Shown piece after piece: positions 1 to 12,100 of a stretch of 64,000 nt of DNA; position 1 is the first letter of the stretch, and every line of letters starts with the position of its first letter. The notes beneath the pieces are model-generated. The model was not told where the DNA came from, searched no databases, and saw nothing but the letters and a program-made list of their open reading frames with translations. The DNA comes from Haliotis cracherodii (Eukaryota): assembly GCF_022045235.1 (NCBI RefSeq), contig NW_027266275.1, positions 17,670,001-17,734,000 on the forward strand. Reading direction: 5' to 3'. A program made the translations under genes and the position numbers.

Positions 1-795
1 TAGTTCATCGCACTTGTCCTCTCACCTGGTTTGTGTGTATTATCACCTGCTTCAGTTCAAACATTTGTTTGTAACTCTGTGTGTTTGTCAAATGGCTGTT
101 CAGTATATAACTACTTACTTTAGAACCTGTGAATTCCCCTAAACTTATATACTGGTGTATTCCTACTGTAAAAGAACGTTTCATATGTTTTTTTCATGAA
201 AGAAAGAGATAGTTTTCTGTACTTTGCAATGACAAGTGACCTTCAAACAGTAGCTAGGTAGTTCCCAAGGTCGTGTAAAAATGTGACATGTTTGCAGAGG
301 ACTGTTTTTGTAATAGAATCAAGCACTTAGGTGCTACATGATTTCCATTTGGGGACCGTTCATTGTTTGTTTTATTCAGTCTGACAGCACAGTAGGTTAA
401 ACTGCTGCTCCCTGACAGGGAAGACTTATGATCTTGAGGAGTTTATCTGCTCATTGAATCACCATGGCTTATGGATTATACATCTGACATACGTCTGAGG
501 TGAAATGTCTGCGGTTAGTTTACAGTTCTTAAGTGCCAAGGTATATGTTAATGGGTCAAAACATCCTGACCTGTCTTGTTCGGGGAATGATTAATTGTGT
601 TCAGTACTTGACTTAGACTGTATTTTGTAAAACTAGGTTCATTAAAATTGTTAAATGGGAAGTTAGCCATACAGAGATGTTAAGTGTAAAGAAATAACTT
701 TTGTTTTTGAAAGGTTGAGTTTGGGAATGAGTGGTTTGTCTTTGGTATTGATTATACAGCGGGAACATAATACACTGCATGTCATAAGAGGATTT

Positions 796-1082
796 GACCT
801 GTGACGATCCGGGTTTGAATAGGTCTTCAGCAACCCATGCTTGCCGTAAAAAGCGACTATGCTTGCCATAAGAGGTGACTATGCTTGTCATAAGAGGCGA
901 CTAATGGGATCCGGTGGTCAGGCTCGCCGACTTAGTTGATGCATGTCATCGTATCCCAATTGCATGGATCGATGATCATAATGTCAATCCCTGGATTTTC
1001 TGGTCCAGACTTTATTATTTACAGGCCGCCATCATATAGCTGGAATATTGCTGAGTGCGGCGTTAAACAACAAACAAACAAG
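796..1082 (+). mobile_element. SINE-like family A copy (head-less; core GCTTGTCGTAAGAGGCGACTAA; (CAA/CAAA)n tail)
   Basis: Near-identical to more than 10 other copies in the window; 23-nt core triplicated here. Confidence 0.85.
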
Positions 1083-2257
1083 CATAATAGATTTTACTAG
1101 TTTGGGGTATCGCGTAAAACGTAATGGTCATCACTTTGAGGTAGAAGAAAAATAATTGATCATAACTGGTTTTCTTCCATGTTAGACCTGTTAAGTGTTG
1201 CTTGCACATGTTCAAAGTTACCTCCCTGCAAAAGTATGAGACAGATTGTGTCTTGTTTCAGTTGAATACATGCAAACAATTACTTGAGAATTTTACAAGG
1301 AATTATGATATGACTGAATACGAAAGTAGTCTAAAAATTATCTGCCAGACAATCGGGCAAGTGGAGGAAAATTTCATGCAGCCCACCTGAAAGTGACCAG
1401 CCTTGGGCAGGCAGTCAGTTATTTCGGACACAGGTACAGACTGCACATAAGGCTGTACCAGTCTACCACTTTAGACACAAGTCTGGAACTCTAATCTAGT
1501 AAAATGTCTTCTGGTCTAGTAAGATCAGCTTATTCTAATCCATATGCTAAGGACTAAAAATCTACTAAATAATTCCAAAATACAAGTTCGGGCTAGTAGA
1601 CTGAAACATTTTTGGCACAGTCTGCTTTACGAAATGGTGCTGTGTACAGGAAGATCTGTTTCCTGTAACTAGCTGTTTTTAGAATGAACAGGAAATATGA
1701 TTAAACTTTTTGTATGACTGTAGCCTGTTATTTCCTCTATACTGGCAGCTGTGATTGAGAGGAGTGTTTAAAAATTGTAGACCCAGTTATGGCCCCACAC
1801 TGTTGTACAAGGAACACTTTGTGGCCATTCAAACAATGCTACCTTTGACAGTGTGTACCTGATACATGTGCACAAAGTGACCTGCTTTGCCTTACTTTTC
1901 ATGTACATATAAATAGTGCTGATACCCTTGCTTGATAACACTCCAGGATGGAAGAGAGCTATTACTTGAGTGCTTGCAAAATAATCATGGTTAGGGCTTG
2001 AGTGTAATGGTAAAATAAATCAAAATTGAATTTATTGAGAGATTGATTTTGTTAGTGAATTATTATGGACAATTTCAGCCATGATCCGTTTATGGCAAGA
2101 CACTCTGAAGCGTTTTGGTTTCAGCTCATTATTGTGACATCTGTAGATCACACATTAGGAATTGTTCACTCAGTGTCAACAACTCAATGGCGATGAGCAA
2201 CATTATTGTAATGACCTGGGATAGGTTAAGATCATAAACTGTGTTGAGGATGTTCAG

Positions 2258-2364
2258 GGTGCCGTCGTACAAAACAACCTTAGCGCTACGACTGTCGTAA
2301 GTCTGTGTTAAGGTATGGGAGTTACGATCACCTTAGCTCTAAGATGGTTTTGCACAAAGGCGCC
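2258..2364. mobile_element. Small MITE, PIF/Harbinger-like
   Basis: Imperfect TIRs GGTGCC...GGCGCC, 3-bp CAG TSD; related copy near 46846-46937. Confidence 0.55.
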
Positions 2365-3149
2365 CAGGACTATGAAGGCGGTTTGTAGTGTAGAGGTCTG
2401 ATACGGGATATCTGGAGTGAGGAAAATCCAGCTCAGACTGGCGACAGTGTCAGCGTCACACCCGATGCTGGGTAGAGTGAGTACACCCTGTTTGATCAGG
2501 CCACCCTCTATACAGCAGCAGAATAGGGGTGTGGACACACAGTAAACAGTGATATAGCTATAAAACAGGATATGGCGTTATCAGAACGTTGTAGCATGTG
2601 TCAGTCACATCTTATAAGAAGGTGATTTTTACACCTATTTATTTGATATGTCATATAATTATAGATAAACAAAGACAACACCTCAGAATTAATAAGACAA
2701 AAACTATACAAATGTTGTCATTGCATCTGTATTCATTAAATTTTTTAGTTGTACAATAAATCCTGTTTAACTTATGATATTGCTGTATAAAGGGTGATAG
2801 TGATCACCCTGTACTGTAACCACCCACATAGCGAGGTAATGGGACTCCTGTGAATAGTCAAGCTAGCAAACCACAACCAACAATGTCATGCTTCAATAGA
2901 CAATGCAATTGTGATATATAATACCCCAACGGTACTTTGATAGGGCATTCAAAATCATAACAGATTTGGCCCAAGTACTTGCTAAAGCCTAGGCAAACCA
3001 CATTTCAGTTTGGTTTTGCAAATTAATGGCAGCTTTCTTAAATTCAATTTGTGATATGTGCAAAATTTTATGTGAGTGTTTTTATGTGAATGTTTTTATG
3101 TGATCTATGTATATCTAATTATTTAATTATTTTATTCTTTTACTTTCAG

Positions 3150-3177
3150 ACCGCGAAGACCAGTCTATTCTCTGCAC
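3150..3177 (+). CDS. Myosin exon (D)REDQSILC(T)
   Basis: tttcag|AC...AC|gtaagt, 28 nt. Confidence 0.93.
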
Positions 3178-6100
3178 GTAAGTTGGACTGCTATCTTTGA
3201 CCCAAGTATTGAGATAGTGGCCTCACAGCAATATGCCCTTTAAATTATATACTGGATAGATCCTAGAAATTTAGCGTATATTTTACCGTAAGTGCATGAC
3301 ATCTGCAAGACTTTGATAAATATATGTTTTGCTGCAGATTGCATAAAATCCATAATTATTGTTGACAGGAAACAAGTGTCAATTTAATCACACTGATAGC
3401 AGCACAACTTCAGTGTGATAGTCCCTGTATGTCATGATGTATCTCCAAAAAGATTCATGTGAGGGTCGGATCTGTTCTTACACACACTCTTGAATCCAGG
3501 TCTGGTGTTGTGTATGTTCAACAAATATATAAGTAGATAAAGAAGAATCCTCCAATTCCAGATGCTATCAAATATAAGCAGAGGGGTATGGAAATGTTTT
3601 GAGTAATGTAGAAGAACTATTTTAGGTTATCTAACACTGATAAGCAGGGGGAAATGAATGCCATATTTTTGGCAGCACCAGCCAGTGGTTCCTACTTTCT
3701 TCTTTCTAATACTTGAAAGAAATTGTGCCAGAAAAAAGAATCTATCAGTGAAGTCCAAGATAAGGTTTAGGTTAGCACCGGGAAAGCCTTGGCTTGCTCT
3801 GGATTCTTGTCATATTTAGTGGCAGGGTTTTAGCCTCAAGTGCATGTACAAGTCTATTTCTGAAGGAAGTGCACTGTGACCAGTGCATAGATAAGCAATG
3901 TGATCAGGGAGATCAGACTCCTTTAAATGAATAGATTACCATTTAATGAATAACCTAACTACAAGGATATGTGTAGCTCATATGAGGAAAAGAGTGTCTG
4001 AATTACTTCATGCTATTATCAGTGTTCCCGTTTACCGGTAATTACCAGTTTTTCACCGGTAAAATTAGGCCTGGACTGGTAATTCATGTGACTGCCAGTC
4101 CCTGTGAAACGGCAAATAAAGTACCTTTAAATCTTTGTTGTTGAACAAAACATTGGTGTTTTCATAAAAGTACATTTTTAGAACAAAGTCAGTTTGTCTG
4201 TTACCACCAGGGTTTCCCCTGGTCTATTTCAAGGTTAAATATCCATTTGTAGTGACTTTGTCTCGAAATATTAAAAAGAGAGAGAAAAATGTGACTGAAG
4301 TTTGTGTGAATGACGTAAAGATCTAACTAAGTTACTTCAAAGATGACATCTTTGCACTGAACATGATGTTGAAAGAATTAAAACCAAATAATTTTCATAC
4401 ATTTTTTTGTTTGTTGAAAGTTGGGACTGGTAATTTTTAGAGTTGCCAGTCCACAAGGACTGGCTGTTTCAAAAGCCAGCGGGAACACTGTATTATGTGG
4501 GAAACACTTCATTGATAATGTTTATGTTTGATCATTGAGGGCGTGAACAGAGTGGCCATGGTTATTATTGATATTTGAGTATTACTGGAAATAACTTGAG
4601 GTATTTGAAGAAACATTGTGCAAAAGATGTTGCTTGAGTACCCCATGCCACTGTATCGGATGGCGTGAATCGTTGCTCATGCTGTCAGTGACTGGTATGA
4701 CTGGTCCAGACTTGCTTACAGGCTGCCAGCATATAGCCTGGAATATTGCTGACACTTACTTGTTGATATTGACAAAATCTACACTAACCCTTGCATTGTC
4801 TGCAGCAGTGTGTTGAGGTCTTGTCTTGCTATTCACACAATTAACCTGGGGTTTGCCTGTTTCATATCTGAGAGTGCCTGCTCTGGCATCACATATCCTG
4901 ACCCAATCAAAACACAAAAAAACAGGTTTCAATATCACCCTTGTTCCTTAACACACTGGGTTCGAATCTTGGTTCACCCCGATTATGCTTCAGCATTATT
5001 GCATTATTGTCAGCACCATACCCGTGCTCGTGGGTTTCATGCAAGTGGTAAACGTCTGAGACCTGCATCACTTCGGGCATTGCTCCCACATTAAGCTGAT
5101 ATAACTGGAATACTGTTAAAAACGGTGCTAAACCCAACTTACTCACTCACACACTGCTTTGAACACACTCTTTTAACAATACAAAATGTTCAGATGTGAG
5201 AATCATATGATGCAAACATGAGATTATATTAATTTTCAGCGGTGAATCTGGAGCTGGTAAGACCGAAAACACAAAGAAAGTGATCCAGTATTTGGCGTAC
5301 GTTGCTGCATCCAACCGTACCCAAAGGAGCTCCGTGTCAAACCTACATGTGCCGGTAAGACTTGATGCATGGCTGCAGAATGGCGCCTCTTAGCGCAGGT
5401 ATCGGATTGATGGCTTGTCTGTCCTTTATTTTGCTTCTTTGCATGTTTATCTGCATGGGTATTTGCTTGTATAGCATGTTTTAGTTGTTTTAGTTGTTTG
5501 TACACGAAATGTTTGGTACATAAAGATCACAATAGCTTTGTATCAAGTTTGAAGTTAGATAGATACTGGACTATATCGTTTACTTGTTAGTACATTTACT
5601 TTAGGTTGGTTGATTGTCGTAGACAGGTTCAAGTTTAAGCAGTGAATAGTGGTGACATTCCACAGAGTTATTTGGCATTACGACTCTTAACTCTCATACT
5701 TTAACACAGACAATAATAGTTGTAGTGTTCAGGTTGCTTGGATGAACAGTCCTTTTTCCTCAAGGCTGCCAGTGTTGTTGCAGGGTCGGCTAACCTTTCG
5801 GATATGACTCTGCTGATTTTGATTGATAGTCTATGAAAATACTGTATAGTTAACATAATGGTTTTAACTTATATTTTGAAAATTATTGAGGCTTTGCAAA
5901 TATATGCAGGAATTGGTTCGACTAACAGATCAAACAGTCAATATATGGGTTCAGCTTTTGTGAAAAGTGCGTTGCTGTCTGCCAAGAGGGTTCATTCTGC
6001 TAAGATTATGATGTGCTTTGCTTGATGACTGAAGGTTTTTTCTTCGAAGATTTAAACTACGAGGTGTGTCTGTGTCAGAAGGTATTTTCAGGCCAGTGCT

Positions 6101-9100
6101 GGGCTCAGCTATCTTTTTAATGTAGAACAAATGGTTACCCCAAAATTACTTACTTTCAGAATGCTAAAAAAGGGACAAAACGTTTTGATAATCCCAATCT
6201 GAAAATACCTTGTGGATATAAGTGTTCAGTAAACCTGGATCTGAACGTATGGACTTTTATTATCTGATCTTAAAACCTGGACTATAAAATAGATTTTGAA
6301 CTGAAAATCCATTTAACTAATTAACTGTTCTAAGAGCCACACTGACATCGACTTGTATTTGTAAGAGATAACACATTGTATTGATTGATGCATAGGATGT
6401 TATGTAATATATACACATGCTGGGTATGGGGCTGTGTTAAAATTAGAAGACAAGCCAAAATATATTGTATATCAACTAACTTGTTTGGTTATAACACCAC
6501 CTTGTATGGTTAGAAATTAATCTTATTTTCACTTGTTCTCCAAACCTACAGTACTGACAGTTACCAAACAGTAAAATTGTTGCCTGCAAGAAAATATCAC
6601 TTGTCCTTACTGAATATCACTCAAACTTATGTGGGTTTCGAACCCTGCCTTGTGCTAGATGGTGTTGCTGTTCCATGTTGTCAGTTTGAAGCAAACTGTG
6701 AAATCTGAGAATCTTTTACACCCAAACAGCTTAATCTTAACAAAGAGCTATGTTCTTAGATATATTGGTTTTGATAGCATTTATGTCCTGGCTGCATGTG
6801 AAAGATGGAATAATTTTGTTAATGAGTGTCACCAGTAACCGATGTGAAGTGATGAGTTGATAATGATACTGACAATAATGTTCTGACAGTACCCACCTAC
6901 TGATACAGAGAAGATACCCCGGAACATATTAGTCTGAGAGCATGATATACAGGGCATGTTACCTAATACTGATTGATGTCAGGCATGTACTTAATCACAC
7001 ATTTAATGAGGCATGTTGCTCTAAGCTGATGTTGAGACATAAATAGTAACACTGAATGCTGTTGATGAACCTTAATCATGAGGATTTGTGATAATTAAAC
7101 AACTTAATTTTAACTAAATTGGCACACTGTCTAAAATGCATGCAATTATGAGATTCTGGATGAGCTTTTCAAAAAGAAAAGTGTTTACATTTCGAATATG
7201 ATGTTGAGTGCCATCCAAACCTCTCTGATAAATATTATATACTGGAAGGGAACCTGATGTTAAGATTCAAGTTTGAGATTTCAAGTTATTCCGAAAAAGA
7301 CATATTGTGTCTGAGTTTGTGGCTGTTTTGAATTTTATCCAAAATTGTCAACTGAAATGTTATAAATAAGGTTTAAGTATGATAACCCATCAGTCTCCCT
7401 TCCACCCAATATGCATCCTAAAGGTCCTGAAGACTTTCGGAATGTTGACGTTTATGCAAGTCTTCACTGTGGAGACCAATTCTTGCTCTTCTGGGCATGG
7501 GATTCTAAAAGCTTCCAACCTGTTTGTGAATCTAGCTTTTAGCTAGATACCTGCTTGATGCAAATACATGCCTCCATGTTGCCAAGTCGGCCATTTTGAA
7601 TTTTGACACTTCTCACAATGTTGGCGGATTTGCCATTAAACGCTTGCCACTTTTCACAGTTTATCGTTTTGAAAAATACAAGATTTCATGTAAGCACTAT
7701 GCAATTTGTGTATAAGCACACGTGCAATTTGTGTAACCACGTAGAGATACTTTGTTAAGTTAACAACAATTGGCTTGAGTTAATCTTTAAAGTACCATTC
7801 TATCAACAATGCTCTACATACTTACATCACTGCGCAGGAGTAACGTGTGTCTCACGAACAGTAACTGTTGTACAGATAGATGTAGAAGAGTCATTTACTG
7901 GTTCTAGTACTGCTTTACCTAGTTGTGGTAGAAGGTAGATAGATAAGCATGGTAGGATGCATGACGTAAGCAGATGATGATCATGTTACTCTGTTTTCTG
8001 TTGTGGGCCACCTAGAACAAAGAGTTCAACCTTGTAAGTACCCTCCTGTTGATGCATACCCCAACTCTCTCCACATAGGATTAAACCACTGGCTGCAAGA
8101 TAAGAGAAAATACATTATTCAACCACAATATTCATCAATCATTTTGGCCCTGAATGATCATTCATCAAGATTCAAAATTCATGGTGATTCAAAATCATGA
8201 CAAAAGATTTCTTAGGCACTGTTTAAACTCTTGCAAGGACTTCAAACAATTTGATGTGGCACTGATCCACAACATGATACTACGTGATTCATTATCATTA
8301 AAAGATGTTACACCCCTTTTTGTTTGTTCGAGGGGGAAATAAAAAGGTTTGAGACCAAAGTCGCATCAACCAATTGAATATATATCTTTCTGCCAGTGTG
8401 TTTTGTGATTTGAATTGTTAGTTCATTCCTATGCTGGAGAGTGTTTCTTTCTCCATGGGTTATCAATGCAGCTTAGACTGAGGCTCATTAGTGGCTGTAG
8501 ATATTACTTATTATGGTATTAATAGCAGATAGATGTAATAGACACATTATTTTGCAGAATTTGAAGCGTATACCATATTGTGATTATTTCCTGATTATTT
8601 AAAGGTCTCCCATTTGGCTTTGTTCTGTGTAAGTAATGGACCGACCAGAGGATCAGCTGTGTGTGTTTTAGTTAATTAAGTTTGAAATGATTAAGCTTGG
8701 AGATCTGCACTTATCCCTAAAACCTATATTATTGTGTGATTTATTTTTTTCTTATGTACAGTGTTTGCTTCTGTATATATGTATTCTACGACTTGCAATG
8801 TTTACATAGAAACATTCTTAAACTGCACTACACTGAATAGTGAGGTAATTCGTTTCGGAGATCTCATAAAACCAAACCAATTTTTAAGTTTTGTTTCCAC
8901 CATTTTTTTATATTTTTCCAAAAACAACATTTTCGTGATTTTGAGATAATTCTTCAACATGTTTTGGTTGGTATTTTACTAAAGCACTTAATAATTTCAT
9001 ATGCTAAGTGTGCTGTTGTGTATATAATCGATCATGTTTTTTCAATATGTAAGACTAACCAAATGGATCTCATTTCATCATTTTGGAAAGTGTTTTAGAA

Positions 9101-12100
9101 GAGTAAACTGTCAATGAGGTAACAGAAATATCTGGTGAACAACTTAGATTGTCATGTGATCAGAGTGCTTTGTTAACTGTGTACACCTGTTTGAATGTAG
9201 ATTAGATTTACCCTTAAATAGGTTTTGCATTTGAAGAAAAAAAGAATGTTTTTTTTATAGTTATAGAATATTTGCAAATTCATTCTTTTGAGATTGAATC
9301 ATGTTCAAGATTTCATACCACCTTTGCATTGTATCATGTCAGCCATTTTTTGTTTGACTCTGAAACTGAACAGCATCAAACTAATGTTTCATTTCTATTT
9401 AATTTTATTGTCTCTACAGTAACAACATAGATGCCTTTAGTTAAGCATTTACTAATTCTTATCTTCATTTTACTTGTTTCCAAACTATTCTTAAACAGCT
9501 TATTTAAGGATCTTGGTTCTAAAAAAGAAAATGAAACAAAGATCTCTCTAAACTTCAACTAGCTACAATAAACTTTTCGTATTGTTCACTTCTGTCATTT
9601 ATTTCCCAAATTGGACGGTAAACTGCCAATGTTGATGCAGTTCAGTATACCAGAATCTGTCATCTGTTTTTACTTGGTTTATATCATCACCATCATCATC
9701 ATCATCATCATCATCATCACCATCACGTTGTTGCATGCATCATCTTGCTTCATCCTGTGCATGTGTCGTTCATTGTTGTGTCATGTCCCATTGCATCATT
9801 AAGCTCAGGAGCATTAAGCTATGACATTTTTTTCAAAATCTCTTAACCATTGTTTTATTTTATGGTGTTTCATTCAAGGTATTTTCTACATGACTAATCC
9901 AGAAAGATGAGGATTCCTTGTTCATATTTGAAGTATTTCAATGGGTGATGATTTAACCTCCAAAAAGATTTCTCTCTATATATGACTTTATTGTTCTGTT
10001 AATTAATCAGTTTTGATGACTATCACTGCTTATCCTTTCATTTCCGTGCGTTCATTCCATCATCATACGCAACATTTCCATTCATTGTTCTAGTCACTAG
10101 ACCACCTCCATGTCGCCATTACTAATTCACTACATTTTCCATTGGATGTATCAGGAGCAGCCAGCTGTCTTCCAGCTGTTATCATACCTTCTTTCAAATG
10201 CTTTTTCATCGGAATCAATAAAAAGCATAAAAAGTGAATCATTAAATAAAAATGACCTTCTGTTTTCGACTAATTTGGGTCCATTCATATTATATGCCTT
10301 AAGAGCTGGACTATAATTTTCACAAACCTTCAATTCTTAAATAATAATAATTTTCATTTTGAACAGGGTAAATTTTAAATTCTATATGTGACCAGATTGT
10401 AGGGAGTGTATGTAGGTACTGTGTAGTGTACACTGGCTGCTCCATCCCCCACCTCACCTCACCATCGCAGGTGCCCTTCCCCTTCCTGCATCACATCTCA
10501 GCATCCATCATTACAGGGGGAACTGGAGAACCAACTGCTGCAGGCTAACCCCATCCTCGAGGCTTTCGGCAATGCCAAGACCATCAAGAATGACAACTCT
10601 TCTCGATTTGTAAGTTCTTTTGAGAGTGGAATTGCTAATTGTGTTTATACAAACTTTGTTGCTGTAATCAATGTAAGAAACATTCTTCATACCAAAAACC
10701 GATATCTGAGCAGATCAAGATAAGTGTGTGTTTTTTTGTAGGGAATGTTCCCCCCCCAAAATTTTTATTGAAGCACTGCAGTTGATATCTGTTCATGCTA
10801 TCACATTACTTTGTGACTGGCAGCCTCTGAATTTTACAAGAAACCTGTATTAGCTTTATGAAGTATTCGTGATTATGTCAACTCCAACAAATGATGTTTT
10901 GTACATGTTAAAGAAAAACGATTGAATAATTCCTTTCGGAGATGGATTAGACGTCTACTGTGTGAGTTGTAGGATGTGTGTAGATCTTTAATGACATCTT
11001 TGTTCATGTTTCAGGGTAAATTCATCAGAATCAACTTTGATTCTTCTGGTTACATATCAGGTGCCAACATTGAAACATGTATCCTTTCAAGTGAAAAAGC
11101 AGAAGAGTTTGCATTTTGGTCAGAATACTGATGGTCAGTTAAAAAGTGATCAGTGAGGGAGTGCCGCTGAACAAACCAACACAAGCTTGGGTATTAAGGA
11201 CCTAAATTATAAGCTTGGGTACAAGAGATTTAACGTAAATCACAAGGAATGGAAGGATCTAGCTATATCCAAACCAGATATGAAAGTCAAGGGGTATTTG
11301 TCAAAACCCTCATGTTAGAAGTTATACATTGATGGGATCCCTAAATTTGAATACTATTCTAACTGCCAGGATGGCTGATTAGTCCCTGGATTCTTCATGT
11401 TTCTGTTCAGTACACCTTAACCTATGTAAGACCTGCTGGAAAAGTCAAGAGCTGTGCGACAAGCTGAGAATGAGAGGAGCTTCCATATGTTCTACCAGTA
11501 CCTCAATGCAGCCACGCCTCAACAGAGGAGTAAGTAGTTAGAGGATTGTTTGGAAGAAAATAGTACATATCTGGTCAGTGTAATACAGTTAAACCTTGTG
11601 ACCTCACACTCGACTACATCAAAATCAGGGATAAAATATAACTCATTTTAAATACTAGTTGAGCACTATGTATAATAAAGTTGTCAATTTATTAATAAAC
11701 AATTAGCCTTATGGATACCTTTACCTTCATGAACTGTGGCTGGGACTAGTATCAGTAAATAACACCACTATGTTTGTCGTAAGAGGCGACTAACGGGATC
11801 GGGTGGTCAGGCTCGCTGACTTAGTTGATGCATGTCATCGTATCCCAATTGCATGGATCAATGATTATGATGTCAATCACTTGACCACCGTCATATAGCT
11901 GGAATATTGCTGAGTGCGGCGTTAAACAACAAACAAGCACTATCAATGATGTAATTGGTGATCTGGCTAAATTCTTACTGGTGCTATTTTTATCATGAAC
12001 AACAGATAATTCAACCTGTATTCAATGGTCCTGAGGACTTGATCAAGGGTTTACTGTAGTTTCGAGAATACCACTGAGTGAAAGAAGCATAGGGCAGTAA

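Noticed and set aside
10471-10516. Upstream alternative acceptor (cgcag at 10470) extending the GELE exon
   Set aside because: The 46-nt extension is out of frame with the preceding phase-0 exons.
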